Shown in pieces: positions 1 to 8,065 of a stretch of DNA of 46,747 nt (position 1 is the stretch's first letter; every line of letters begins with the position of its first letter). Source of the DNA: a virus; IMG/VR virus record IMGVR_UViG_3300045988_113737. One strand, given 5' to 3'. The notes below the pieces were generated by a model, which did no database searches, was not told the origin of the DNA, and saw only the letters and a program-made list of their open reading frames with translations. Both the position numbers and the translations under genes were made by a program.

Positions 1-55
1 GGGCCGTGGTCAAGGCCGATCTGACCGAAGAGCTGATACTTCTCACCAGCACCAA
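1..55. repeat. Terminal 55-nt direct repeat, copy 1 (identical to 46693..46747); circular-assembly overlap
   Basis: Window begins and ends with the same 55-mer gggccgtggtcaaggccgatctgaccgaagagctgatacttctcaccagcaccaa. The capsid reading frame is continuous across the join. Confidence 0.95.
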
Positions 56-902
56 CCTTGGCAAGAGGCTCCAAGAAGAAGTTACCCTTACCGGGAACAG
101 GCTGATAAACGGGAGCGATCACATTCAGGTTCAGAAGCAGAGCCGTACCAGCAGGAAGACACTCGCCAAGGTACAGGTAGACAACACCGATGGGAGTAAC
201 CACACTGGACAGAGCGATACCATTGATCTCCCGAGCGGCGGGAACCACAGTAAGACCGTTCTGCACAGCGTCAGCGTTGACCTGGAACAGAGTCACAGCG
301 TCACACCACAGGCACAGGCCATCGGTGGGGGCATTGGCACCGTAAATCTTCTTCACCATGTCGGCAATATCCCACAGGCCGAGAGGCTTGCTGGACATGG
401 CGGTGACATTGGTGGTAATGGCCTCCACCAGTCCACGGGTCTTGTTCACGGTAGCGTCAGAGTTGGCCTTGTTGTAGGTGCCCTGAATGAAGGTAAACTC
501 AATGTCCCGGTTGACCTTCTGCATTTTCGCCGCAACCTGGAAGTCCAGCTCATTGATCGGGTTAGCCTGCTGACCGGCCACATTCAGGCCGCTCAGAGTA
601 CCCATATTGGACTGCTTGGCATAGGAAATGCCTACGGACTCCTGGAAAATCTGAGTCACATTGGTCTTCTGAGTCCGGGTGACAACGGTAGCGTCAGGGG
701 CGGTCAGGGAGGCAGTTTCACTGATAGAGGGCTGTGCGCCGCCTCCGGTGGTGTACTCCTGACCGGTCACGAACTCAACATGATTGGTGGTCTTCGCCCT
801 GCCGCCGATGATGGAGGACAGGGGGCACCGGGTATTGCCCTTGTTGAAGAGCATACCGGAGTAGTTCAATACTCCAAAACTGGTAGCAAAAACATCTGCC
901 AT
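1..902 (-). CDS. Major capsid protein, N-terminal ~300 codons (gene wraps the junction and continues at 46578..46692)
   Basis: Minus-strand ORF absent from the track because it runs off the window. ATG at 902..900 follows AAGGAGA. Translation MADVFATSFGVLNYSGMLFNKGNT... Lies directly downstream of the scaffold gene. 115+902 nt = 339 codons across the circle. Confidence 0.8.
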   Translation of the reverse strand, partial: MADVFATSFGVLNYSGMLFNKGNTRCPLSSIIGGRAKTTNHVEFVTGQEYTTGGGAQPSISETASLTAPDATVVTRTQKTNVTQIFQESVGISYAKQSNMGTLSGLNVAGQQANPINELDFQVAAKMQKVNRDIEFTFIQGTYNKANSDATVNKTRGLVEAITTNVTAMSSKPLGLWDIADMVKKIYGANAPTDGLCLWCDAVTLFQVNADAVQNGLTVVPAAREINGIALSSVVTPIGVVYLYLGECLPAGTALLLNLNVIAPVYQPVPGKGNFFLEPLAKVGAGEKYQLFGQIGLDHG

Positions 903-921
903 GAGTCATTCTCCTTTACTG

Positions 922-1509
922 TCAAGACTTGTTCTGTTCAGCCTCTTCCTGCGCTCTCAGGCGGTTGTAGTAGGCAACAGCGGCCAGATCGCCGTTCTTC
1001 TGTGCCTCTTCAATCTTCTTGTCGTAGTCAATCGCACCGCCACCAGAACCAGCACCGGGAGTAGGCTTGGGGGTCTTCTTCAAAGCGTCAGCTTTGACCT
1101 TCTTCGCATACTCTTCGAGGAACTTGCTCTGATTGGCAAAGACCTTGGCACTGTCACCATCGGCAAAGGCCTGAGCGGTTTCCTCAGCCAGAGCTTCATC
1201 GTAGCCCTGAGCAACGAACTTGGCCTTATACTCCGAAACGGTCTTACCCTTACGGAGATCGGCAAGCTCTTGTTCCATCTGGGCCAACTTGTCAGCGTCC
1301 TCCTGCTTCTTCTTTTCCTCTTCGGACAGAAGAGCATTGTGCTTACGCTTCCACTCAGCGGCCTCAGAATTTGCCTTGGAAAGAGCGTTCTTCTGCTTTT
1401 CCAGCTCTGCGGCATTATCCTCGTACTCAAAAGCCTCCAAAGCGGCGAGCTTCTGTTCCGGGGTCATGTCCGCATAACCTTCGATCAAACTGGTGTCAAT
1501 CTTTGCCAT
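922..1509 (-). CDS. Head scaffolding protein
   Basis: 195-aa charged, coiled-coil-rich ORF (EQKLAALE..., EEEKKKQEDADKLAQMEQELADL) between portal and capsid genes. GGAGG RBS. Confidence 0.75.
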   Translation of the reverse strand: MAKIDTSLIEGYADMTPEQKLAALEAFEYEDNAAELEKQKNALSKANSEAAEWKRKHNALLSEEEKKKQEDADKLAQMEQELADLRKGKTVSEYKAKFVAQGYDEALAEETAQAFADGDSAKVFANQSKFLEEYAKKVKADALKKTPKPTPGAGSGGGAIDYDKKIEEAQKNGDLAAVAYYNRLRAQEEAEQNKS

Positions 1510-1626
1510 AACAAATACCTCCTGCGTTTAACAAGGCTGTTCCCTCAGCACTATTTTCCGTTTTTGGTAGGGTTTTCTCCCTTTTGCGTTTTTAGGTCTT
1601 CACTGACCATTTCAAGCCTTACGGCA

Positions 1627-1687
1627 TTAAAATCAAAAACAAAACGGGCTATCGGCAAGAGCGTTTCCACTCTCACCAATAGCCCGT
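1627..1687 (-). terminator. Rho-independent terminator-like hairpin
   Basis: Long imperfect stem (cgggctat..gg / cc..atagcccg) followed on the minus strand by gttttgtttttgatttt. Its 5' arm is homologous to the terminator at 5388..5422. Confidence 0.55.
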
Positions 1688-1701
1688 AATGGCTGTTACC
1701 G

Positions 1702-1815
1702 TTATCTCGCTATAACGGCCTCATATTTCTTTTTGCTGGCTGTTTCCCAGAGAACCAGCCTACCATTTCTCACGGCAAGTTCAACACCCTTGCCACGGGA
1801 AAGGATTTCATTCAT
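1702..1815 (-). CDS. Small hypothetical protein (37 aa)
   Basis: ATG overlaps the portal stop (ATGAATGA). Translation MNEILSRGKGVELAVRNGRLVLWETASKKKYEAVIAR. The longer track ORF start lies inside the portal gene. Confidence 0.45.
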   Translation of the reverse strand: MNEILSRGKGVELAVRNGRLVLWETASKKKYEAVIAR

Positions 1816-3262
1816 CGTCTGAACCGCCTCCGGTGTCACCAGAGCCGGACTTTTGACCTCCGGGTTCATTTCCACCATTCCCTCCATCCGGGTTCTGCTT
1901 AGAAGCAAGCTCTAAGGCTTTCTTCTCCTGCTCCTTTGCGTACTCCATACTCATGTTGTAAGCAATCTGCGGGTCAGTGAACATACCACAATGGGTAAAG
2001 GCCAGCTGCGGAGCAATCTTGGAGTTATTCAACATAGCGATCAGGACATTTGCCTTTTCGGTGATATTCTCATAATTGCGGCGGGTAAACCGAATTTCCA
2101 CCGCCGACAACTTCAACTCTAAGTCCCCAAGATCACTACAAATCCGAAGCAGGAGCTTTAAGAACTCCTTCTCGGACTTCTTGAACATCAGTTCACTGTC
2201 CTTGGCTCTGGCTTCTGCCGCCGACCAACCATCCCGCATGATGACTGCGGAACCGGTATCACTGGTGGAAGAACCACCATTACGGTTCGGCATTCCGCAG
2301 ATCGTAAGGACGGTATCATACATATCGTCCACCAGTGTTTGAGTCTGGCTTTGATTTAACTCAGCGGTCAAATACTGAATTTCCGCCTTTAGGGAAGGGT
2401 CAATATCCTTGAATTTGATTGCTCCCTCTTCCCGCAGCTCTTTATAATCCTTAGAGGTAATGTCCACATTGTGGAAGAGCATGAGGGCCTGAATGAACTG
2501 CTCCACGCCATCCAGCCGGTTAGACTCTACGGTATTGATAGCGTCCAACAGGGGAAGGACAATCTCAAAGGCACCCAGGCGAGCATTATTCGCCGGATAT
2601 TCTATAATGGGAATACCCAAAATCTGTTCTTCACTTCGCAGAATATTCCAAGTATTCGTGATCTCGAAAAAGTGATTATGCGTGTAGCAGCTGAACAGGA
2701 GGGTACCGTCTTCCAGCAGAACATACTTCACACCCATCTTGGCCGGAGTCCCAAGGGAAGTGCCGTACACCACGAAAGAATATCGAGGGTCAAGGGTGAA
2801 AATCTCTGCGGGGCACTCGTCCTCTTCCGCATTGGCTTCTCCATCAGGGAGAACCATACGGTAAGAAGTACCAGCAATATGCGACCAATCCGCCAACTCC
2901 TTGTCCTTGGCAGCTTTATCCTCAGAGAGCATATAATCGTTCAGTCTGGTCACACTTTCAGCAACGGCCTTATCGTCACCACGAGCGACATACTGAACCG
3001 GCTCTCCCATCAGATAGCCGACCTTGAAGGAAACAATCTCATTGGCCCGGTTTTCAACCACAGTGTTATTGATTTCAGGCCGAACCTCTTTCCTTCGGTA
3101 AAGAATGGGCTGATCTCCCTTGTAATACCGGTAGAGATAATCAATCTCAGCCCGATTTTGAAGGTGGATAGCGAGTGCCTTTTGCAGAACACTCACAACA
3201 TTTCCATCCGTGATTTCCTCTACATCGGTATAAATCACTCTACGACCGCACAGAGGCTTCAT
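1808..3262 (-). CDS. Portal protein (SPP1 Gp6-like)
   Basis: 484 aa. YRYYKGDQPI motif typical of SPP1-type portals. Positioned between terL and scaffold. Confidence 0.85.
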   Translation of the reverse strand: MKPLCGRRVIYTDVEEITDGNVVSVLQKALAIHLQNRAEIDYLYRYYKGDQPILYRRKEVRPEINNTVVENRANEIVSFKVGYLMGEPVQYVARGDDKAVAESVTRLNDYMLSEDKAAKDKELADWSHIAGTSYRMVLPDGEANAEEDECPAEIFTLDPRYSFVVYGTSLGTPAKMGVKYVLLEDGTLLFSCYTHNHFFEITNTWNILRSEEQILGIPIIEYPANNARLGAFEIVLPLLDAINTVESNRLDGVEQFIQALMLFHNVDITSKDYKELREEGAIKFKDIDPSLKAEIQYLTAELNQSQTQTLVDDMYDTVLTICGMPNRNGGSSTSDTGSAVIMRDGWSAAEARAKDSELMFKKSEKEFLKLLLRICSDLGDLELKLSAVEIRFTRRNYENITEKANVLIAMLNNSKIAPQLAFTHCGMFTDPQIAYNMSMEYAKEQEKKALELASKQNPDGGNGGNEPGGQKSGSGDTGGGSDDE

Positions 3263-3303
3263 TCCGCAAAGACACCTCCCCTCTACCTACTTCATCACTG
3301 TTC

Positions 3304-3332
3304 ATTATATCGAATACTCCAATGCTTGTCAA
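3304..3332 (-). promoter_or_regulatory. Consensus sigma-70 promoter upstream of portal gene
   Basis: Minus strand reads TTGACA-17 nt-TATAAT (-35 at 3332..3327, -10 at 3309..3304). Confidence 0.6.
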
Positions 3333-3345
3333 TGCCTAATTTTTT

Positions 3346-3374
3346 AGAATATCATTGGAGAGTGCAAAAGTCAA
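3346..3374 (-). promoter_or_regulatory. Second sigma-70-like promoter between terL and portal
   Basis: Minus strand reads TTGACT-17 nt-TATTCT. Confidence 0.4.
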
Positions 3375-3383
3375 TAATTTCTT

Positions 3384-5039
3384 TCAACAGGGACGCTTGA
3401 ATACCTCGATCTTACTCCCGGTCAGCATACGAATTTCATTTTCCAACAGGGCCAGGGAGTCAGGAGCGTCATCGTGAGGCACCTTTCCGCTTCTGGTATA
3501 AGTGGTCAATTCCTTCATGAAATTCCAATACTGGCTTCCCCGCTTATAGGTAGAGGGGTGTTTGAAGTAGAAATTCTTCTTGATGTTGTCGGAGGCGAAT
3601 TCAATCCGGGTCTGTTTGTTTGAAATCGTCCTCTTTGTCCGAATGCCAATCGAATATCCGTGCTGGCGAATGATCTCCGCTACATCTCTGGCATAATACT
3701 GACCAGCATTGTTCGCCTCAAAGGTGGCAGAGGCAACCTTGTTCGAGATCAGGCACTTGGCACACTCAGGCTTTGTCACCTCGGCGGGAGCGTCATCAAA
3801 GACCACATCGACAATGTAGACCTCTGTACCATAGATGACCGCAACCGGCATAGAGGTGGAGTCAGAACCGCTCTCTGCGGTATCACCTACGGCAATGATG
3901 GTGTCCGGTTCCCGGTCAGGGGGCAACTCGAAGAAATAATTCAGTTCATCTTTGTTGAACAGAAGACCCTTCGCCTCAAAGGGCTGTTGCTGGAACTCAC
4001 TCTCAAACTGCTCCGCAGACAGAAGTTCTCTCTGCTCCCGGAAATAAGCCGTGGTGAACACCTTCTGCCCTTCACGCTCATACTCATAATTGCTTTCGTC
4101 CGTGATCGGGTCAAGAGCCGGGATTTCAATAGCCCTCCAAGACCAACCCTCTCTCTGAGCGTGTTCCTGAATACGGCCAATAGGGTCATAGATAGAGTAT
4201 CGAGTACCGGTGAAGACCATGGGAGTACCCTCAATGGCACGGCCCATAATATCGCCGGAGATCACTTCCCATTTATCATCGAGCCGCTGGCGGTTCTTTG
4301 CCTCTTCACGACCTTCCACACAGTCATCCAGATAGAGAACATTGGTAGCCTCAGACAAACCTACCTGTCGAGCGTCAATAGAACGACACATAATAGTGGG
4401 GAACCGGGACTTGGATTTCAGATTGATAATCTTAGTGTCCGCTCCGGTCTGCACCAACCGGGACTCCGGGAACACATCATAGAACAGATACTCATTGGGA
4501 GTAATCAGATATTCCAGACACCCGTTGTAGAAGCTCTTTACAAGGTCATCTCCCGTTCCTTCCATCAGAGTTGACCGGTCAGGGTACTTCCCAGAGAGCA
4601 TATTGACAAAATTGATACCAGTTTGTGACTTACCCGCTCTTTTTGGCATGGATATTGTCAAAAGACGCAGTTTTCCGTCAAGTACATCTTGGAACCCCTG
4701 CACCATGGGTTTCAGGTAGTGCCGCCTGGGAGCATAGAACCGCTTCTCCGGCTTCCGGTCAAGTTCGATATAGGTCATGAAAGCGTCAAACTTATAGGGA
4801 GCGTCAAAGAGAAGACTCTTCCGCCATACCTCATAGAATTTGTCCGCCTCTTTCGGGGAAACAAGGCGTAGTTGTCTGGCACAGAGCCGCCGCAGCTCAC
4901 CATTCAAGCCATGTGCGCTCTGAAAATCCTCTTCCTCCCACTGACGGCACAGGGATAACAAGTCAACATAGGCCGTGTGGTCATTTGGCTTGTTTTCGAT
5001 ATATCTCTGAATGCCATCTGCGATCTTACGATAATCCAT
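3384..5039 (-). CDS. terL: Terminase large subunit
   Basis: 551 aa. Walker A-like MPKRAGKSQTG, Walker B-like LYLDDC, C-terminal nuclease-like region. Immediately upstream of portal. Confidence 0.9.
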   Translation of the reverse strand: MDYRKIADGIQRYIENKPNDHTAYVDLLSLCRQWEEEDFQSAHGLNGELRRLCARQLRLVSPKEADKFYEVWRKSLLFDAPYKFDAFMTYIELDRKPEKRFYAPRRHYLKPMVQGFQDVLDGKLRLLTISMPKRAGKSQTGINFVNMLSGKYPDRSTLMEGTGDDLVKSFYNGCLEYLITPNEYLFYDVFPESRLVQTGADTKIINLKSKSRFPTIMCRSIDARQVGLSEATNVLYLDDCVEGREEAKNRQRLDDKWEVISGDIMGRAIEGTPMVFTGTRYSIYDPIGRIQEHAQREGWSWRAIEIPALDPITDESNYEYEREGQKVFTTAYFREQRELLSAEQFESEFQQQPFEAKGLLFNKDELNYFFELPPDREPDTIIAVGDTAESGSDSTSMPVAVIYGTEVYIVDVVFDDAPAEVTKPECAKCLISNKVASATFEANNAGQYYARDVAEIIRQHGYSIGIRTKRTISNKQTRIEFASDNIKKNFYFKHPSTYKRGSQYWNFMKELTTYTRSGKVPHDDAPDSLALLENEIRMLTGSKIEVFKRPC

Positions 5040-5050
5040 TATACTTCACC

Positions 5051-5377
5051 TCAAATCGCTCCTGCCGCTCGAAAGGCCGCATAAATCTTGGGAGCCTGAC
5101 AAGCAAACCAATCTACCATTTCCTCGTTCTGCGCCCACTCACTGTTCTCAGCCAGTCCGCTTTCAAACAGAAAAGCATGAACAATCTCATGCCGGATATT
5201 TTTCTTCTCCTGTATCTCCAACCGGCCCTTTTCGCCCTGCTGACCTCGCTTATAATTCTCTACCACGATCTCTTTCGTAGTTTCGTCACAAAAGCCGTCA
5301 CACCCTTCAAGCCTTGGCTCGGCCTGTTCGGTGACAAGGTTGACTGTGTACTATGTTCCCAAAATATTTACTACCAT
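5051..5377 (-). CDS. Small HExxH (RHEIVHAF) phage protein interrupted by an in-frame TAG at codon 9
   Basis: ATG at 5377 follows GGAGGTC. Reads MVVNILGT-TAG(5353..5351)-YTVNLVTEQ...RHEIVHAFLFESGLAENSEWAQNEEMVDW. The track ORF 5051..5266 is the downstream part in the same frame. Confidence 0.6.
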
Positions 5378-5387
5378 AATGACCTCC

Positions 5388-5422
5388 AAAAAAAAAGGGC
5401 TACCGGATTTCTCCGATAGCCC
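5388..5422 (-). terminator. Rho-independent terminator
   Basis: Minus strand gggctatcgga-gaaa-tccggtagccc followed by T9. Confidence 0.85.
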
Positions 5423-5463
5423 GTAGTGGCTGTTACTCTTCCCTATTGAAAGAGCCTGTTTGC

Positions 5464-5922
5464 TTATGATGATATTTCTACTGTCAACAATTCGCTTCTA
5501 CTAATCTCAGCAAAATTTGCGTCATTAACGGATAACGAAAATTCCAATTCATCAATCTCACTATAATCAGAAATACCAGCAGTTTCATTATTAAAACTCA
5601 AAGTATATACGATTTCTTTTCCACCTTGCATTGTGGCCGGTACACCACTTACAAACTGCACCATTGTACCATTCACAGAAGAGTCCATAAACAAGACCGT
5701 TATTTCTTCATCACCAAGATTTTTAAGGGTCAAGTTTATTGCTGACATTCCATCAATAGAGGGTAATTCTCCAACTCCTTCAAATTTTACCTCAACATAT
5801 TGGTCTTTGTAAATGGTCTGTGCCGAAGTTTCCGTAGTAGGTTGTTCACTCTCAGAAGAAACAGTGCAAGAGCAAAGACCCAATAGCATAAATGAAAAGA
5901 CGAGATACAGATATTTTTTCAT
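5464..5922 (-). CDS. Lipoprotein (accessory/moron gene; possible surface or exclusion function)
   Basis: MKKYLYLVFSFMLLGLCSC signal peptide with lipobox. ATG overlaps the recombinase stop (ATGA). AT-rich compared with flanking phage genes. Confidence 0.75.
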   Translation of the reverse strand: MKKYLYLVFSFMLLGLCSCTVSSESEQPTTETSAQTIYKDQYVEVKFEGVGELPSIDGMSAINLTLKNLGDEEITVLFMDSSVNGTMVQFVSGVPATMQGGKEIVYTLSFNNETAGISDYSEIDELEFSLSVNDANFAEISRSELLTVEISS

Positions 5923-6509
5923 ACTCGGGCTTCCTTTCTTACCAAATTGTACCATGTAGAACGGCTTATGCTAAGTTCTCTGCAACAATCTCTCACAGTC
6001 ATGGAACCGTCTTTTTGTTTTTGAGCGATTTTCTGAAATTGCACCCGGTCAATAGAGATTGGCTTTCTCCCTTCACGATAGGACGGCTCATGTTCCCGCT
6101 TATATGCTTTTCCAGCAGAGGTTCTTTCCACAATCATATCCCGCTCGTACTCGGCAAAGGCGAATAGCACTGTTACCATCAGCCTACCCATGGGCGTGTT
6201 ATCCGCAACACCCATATTCAGGATATTCACCTTAACGCCCATGTCTACCAGTTGTTTTACCAGCAATGACCCTTCCGCAGCTGTTCTGGCAAGTCTATCC
6301 AGCTTGCACACTATCAACTCGTCACCGGAAGCCAATAAGGACAGAACCTTGTCAAACCCTTCACGGCTCATTTTCTTGCCGGTATATGTGTCGGTGTAAA
6401 TGTTTTCCTCTGGTACACCATGCTCTAAAAGAATATCCTTCTGCTCCTGATATGATGTGCCATATAATTTCTGACCTTTAGAACTGACCCGGCCATAGCC
6501 ATATTTCAT
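5919..6509 (-). CDS. Small serine recombinase (resolvase/invertase family)
   Basis: 196 aa. N-terminal catalytic YGRVSSKGQ, LDRLAR, C-terminal HTH (LSISRSTWYNLV). Confidence 0.9.
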   Translation of the reverse strand: MKYGYGRVSSKGQKLYGTSYQEQKDILLEHGVPEENIYTDTYTGKKMSREGFDKVLSLLASGDELIVCKLDRLARTAAEGSLLVKQLVDMGVKVNILNMGVADNTPMGRLMVTVLFAFAEYERDMIVERTSAGKAYKREHEPSYREGRKPISIDRVQFQKIAQKQKDGSMTVRDCCRELSISRSTWYNLVRKEARV

Positions 6510-6536
6510 TTCTAATCAACGCCTCCTTAACGATTG

Positions 6537-6869
6537 TTAAGTGAGTTTGATTTTACCTCCTTTGCTGATAGGGGACTCTTCTGAGGGTATATCGGTGGAG
6601 AGAAGAGAAGTGAGATCATATTTCTTTTCATCATTTGAAGTAACCTCAAATCCACCCTCTGGTAGACGAGATGTGGCAGGGACAACTACCACTTTATAGT
6701 CCATGGCTCTTACCATTTCACTCAGGAGAGATACTGGAATATCTTTTACATTTTTGTTGTTAAGTCTTTCCCAGATAGTAGCATTGCTTACATTGAGTCT
6801 TTTTGCTAAAACAGCATTGGAAATCCCGGTTGCTTTCATGATGGCTTTTAGAATTTCACGGCCTCTCAT
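6537..6869 (-). CDS. XRE-family helix-turn-helix regulator
   Basis: Start chosen at MRGREIL (AAGGAG RBS). HTH ATGISNAVLAKRLNVSNATIWERL. Confidence 0.75.
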   Translation of the reverse strand: MRGREILKAIMKATGISNAVLAKRLNVSNATIWERLNNKNVKDIPVSLLSEMVRAMDYKVVVVPATSRLPEGGFEVTSNDEKKYDLTSLLSTDIPSEESPISKGGKIKLT

Positions 6870-6891
6870 ACTATCACGCTCCTTGTGGATT

Positions 6892-6934
6892 ATTATAGCA
6901 TAAAGAGTTTTATTGTCAAGAGTTATATTGACAA
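6892..6934 (-). promoter_or_regulatory. Consensus sigma-70 promoter with palindromic operator
   Basis: Minus strand TTGACA-16 nt-TATAAT (6919..6914 / 6897..6892). The -35 lies in the dyad TTGTCAA-N8-TTGACAA (6913..6934). Confidence 0.65.
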
Positions 6935-7244
6935 CAATTCGCTTGAAATAAAGCCTTTTTATTTTTGTCGGAATTTTCGGCACTCACCCCGCCCCGGCTC
7001 CGGCTCGTATATCCCCCGCCCCGGTTCGAGCAGATCAGCCACACGAAAAGGAAAAAAAAAACATTGATTTATTGCAATCATGCCCCGGTCAAAACCAATT
7101 TCAATTTCAAAATCAAGGAAAATTTTAATTGAAAATCCTTGCAGCTTGCAGATCATACCAGAGAGAACAACAAAAAGCCCTTGTAATAGGCCACATAAGG
7201 CCGTAAAAAACCCGTTATATATAGGGGCAGTATCAGGACATAGG

Positions 7245-7282
7245 AAAACCCCTTGCAAGGCTTCCACGGCCTTACAAGGGGC
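7245..7282 (-). terminator. Strong (bidirectional) rho-independent terminator
   Basis: Minus strand gccccttgtaaggc-cgtggaa-gccttgcaagggg followed by tttt. The plus-strand reading is followed by tttattatttg. Confidence 0.8.
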
Positions 7283-7286
7283 TTTA

Positions 7287-7355
7287 TTATTTGTTCTTTC
7301 GCATACAATCATAGACCACCATAACAGGGAATAGAAGCAACGCTACAAGTACCAT
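7287..7355 (-). CDS. Possible 22-aa hydrophobic peptide
   Basis: MVLVALLLFPVMVVYDCMRKNK, double TAA stop, weak RBS. Last ORF before the terminator. Confidence 0.25.
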   Translation of the reverse strand: MVLVALLLFPVMVVYDCMRKNK

Positions 7356-7398
7356 ATTACACCGCCTTTTCTACCGGCTGAACCTCGAACAGCTGCAA

Positions 7399-7566
7399 TC
7401 ATAACCCGCCGATAACATAGCCACAAAAAACCGTTGTTCCGTCCTTCTTGTCCTGATACATTTTTTCCACATGGGAACAACAAAGCCTTTCGCAAAGATC
7501 TTTCCGGGGGTGCTTCAATCCGTGGTAAGTCTGGCCGTACTGGTCAATCGCCATATACATTTTCAT
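7399..7566 (-). CDS. Small hypothetical protein (55 aa)
   Basis: GGAGGG RBS 7 nt upstream. MKMYMAIDQYGQTYHGLKHPRKDLCERLCCSH... Below the track length cutoff. Confidence 0.55.
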   Translation of the reverse strand: MKMYMAIDQYGQTYHGLKHPRKDLCERLCCSHVEKMYQDKKDGTTVFCGYVIGGL

Positions 7567-7580
7567 TTTTCAACCCTCCA

Positions 7581-7757
7581 TTAGATCAACCCATTTTCCC
7601 GAAATTCACGCAATAGGCCATATCTCCGGCCCAGACGGTAAAACATATCTTGAAATACTGCCAAATCTGAATAACTGTAATTCTGATTTGAAAAATCCGC
7701 TTGCCAGTCAATAGCGAATTGCCTAACCTCTTCTTTGTTCTTCTGGTATCTGATCAT
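7581..7757 (-). CDS. Small hypothetical protein (58 aa)
   Basis: ATG overlaps the upstream stop (ATGA). MIRYQKNKEEVRQFAIDWQADFSNQNYSYSDLAVFQDMFYRLGRRYGLLREFRENGLI. Confidence 0.55.
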   Translation of the reverse strand: MIRYQKNKEEVRQFAIDWQADFSNQNYSYSDLAVFQDMFYRLGRRYGLLREFRENGLI

Positions 7758-8053
7758 AGCTGCGCCGCCTCTCTCACATAAAAGGCCGGATAACGGCCCG
7801 TTTCACCGTTACAATTATAGAACCGAAAAGCATTTACCACCGTTTCAAATTCCCTGTTGCGGGGCACAACAGTATTAAAACCATCCCCGGCAATAGGGGA
7901 AAAGGCTTCCCGCTTGCAATCACAGAAACAACCCCACATATTGACCGGGGACAACTTGCAAGCACAGAAACGGACTGTTTCCCCGGCATTATACCGGCGT
8001 TCTGCTTCCCGCTTGCTAATGCGGATAAATCCGCCCACTTGAATTTTATTCAT
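7754..8053 (-). CDS. Hypothetical protein (Cys-rich, 99 aa)
   Basis: Track ORF in a packed minus-strand operon. Confidence 0.6.
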   Translation of the reverse strand: MNKIQVGGFIRISKREAERRYNAGETVRFCACKLSPVNMWGCFCDCKREAFSPIAGDGFNTVVPRNREFETVVNAFRFYNCNGETGRYPAFYVREAAQL

Positions 8054-8065
8054 AGCTGCACCCCC

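Noticed and set aside
6-1064. 352-aa plus-strand ORF, and other long plus-strand ORFs such as 901..1689, 2471..3400, 3660..4574, 18351..18998, 35981..37012 and 41025..41852
   Set aside because: They are antisense shadows of clearly recognisable minus-strand genes (capsid, scaffold, portal, terL, exonuclease, DGR target, tape measure). Their translations are low-complexity, they lack an RBS, and they have no recognisable motifs.
5351-5353. Genome-wide TAG stop-codon reassignment (code 15-like)
   Set aside because: Only one gene shows an internal TAG. All large late genes are intact under the standard code. TAG appears to act as a genuine terminator elsewhere (for example 24755..24757, with the next gene's start overlapping). 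No suppressor tRNA was seen.
7100-7145. Hin/Gin-type hix-like recombination site near the small serine recombinase (tcaaaatcaaggaaaattttaattgaaaatccttg)
   Set aside because: It has only a 6-bp dyad (CAAGGA/TCCTTG) and lacks the symmetric 12-bp half-sites around a 2-bp core. No second copy in inverted orientation was found.
6959-7334. 117-aa minus-strand ORF 6959..7312 and 84-aa plus-strand ORF 7080..7334
   Set aside because: They span a strong terminator hairpin, an A10 run and GC-rich direct repeats. They have no RBS and implausible sequences. The region is better explained as intergenic, between the terminator at 7245..7282 and the promoter at 6892..6919.
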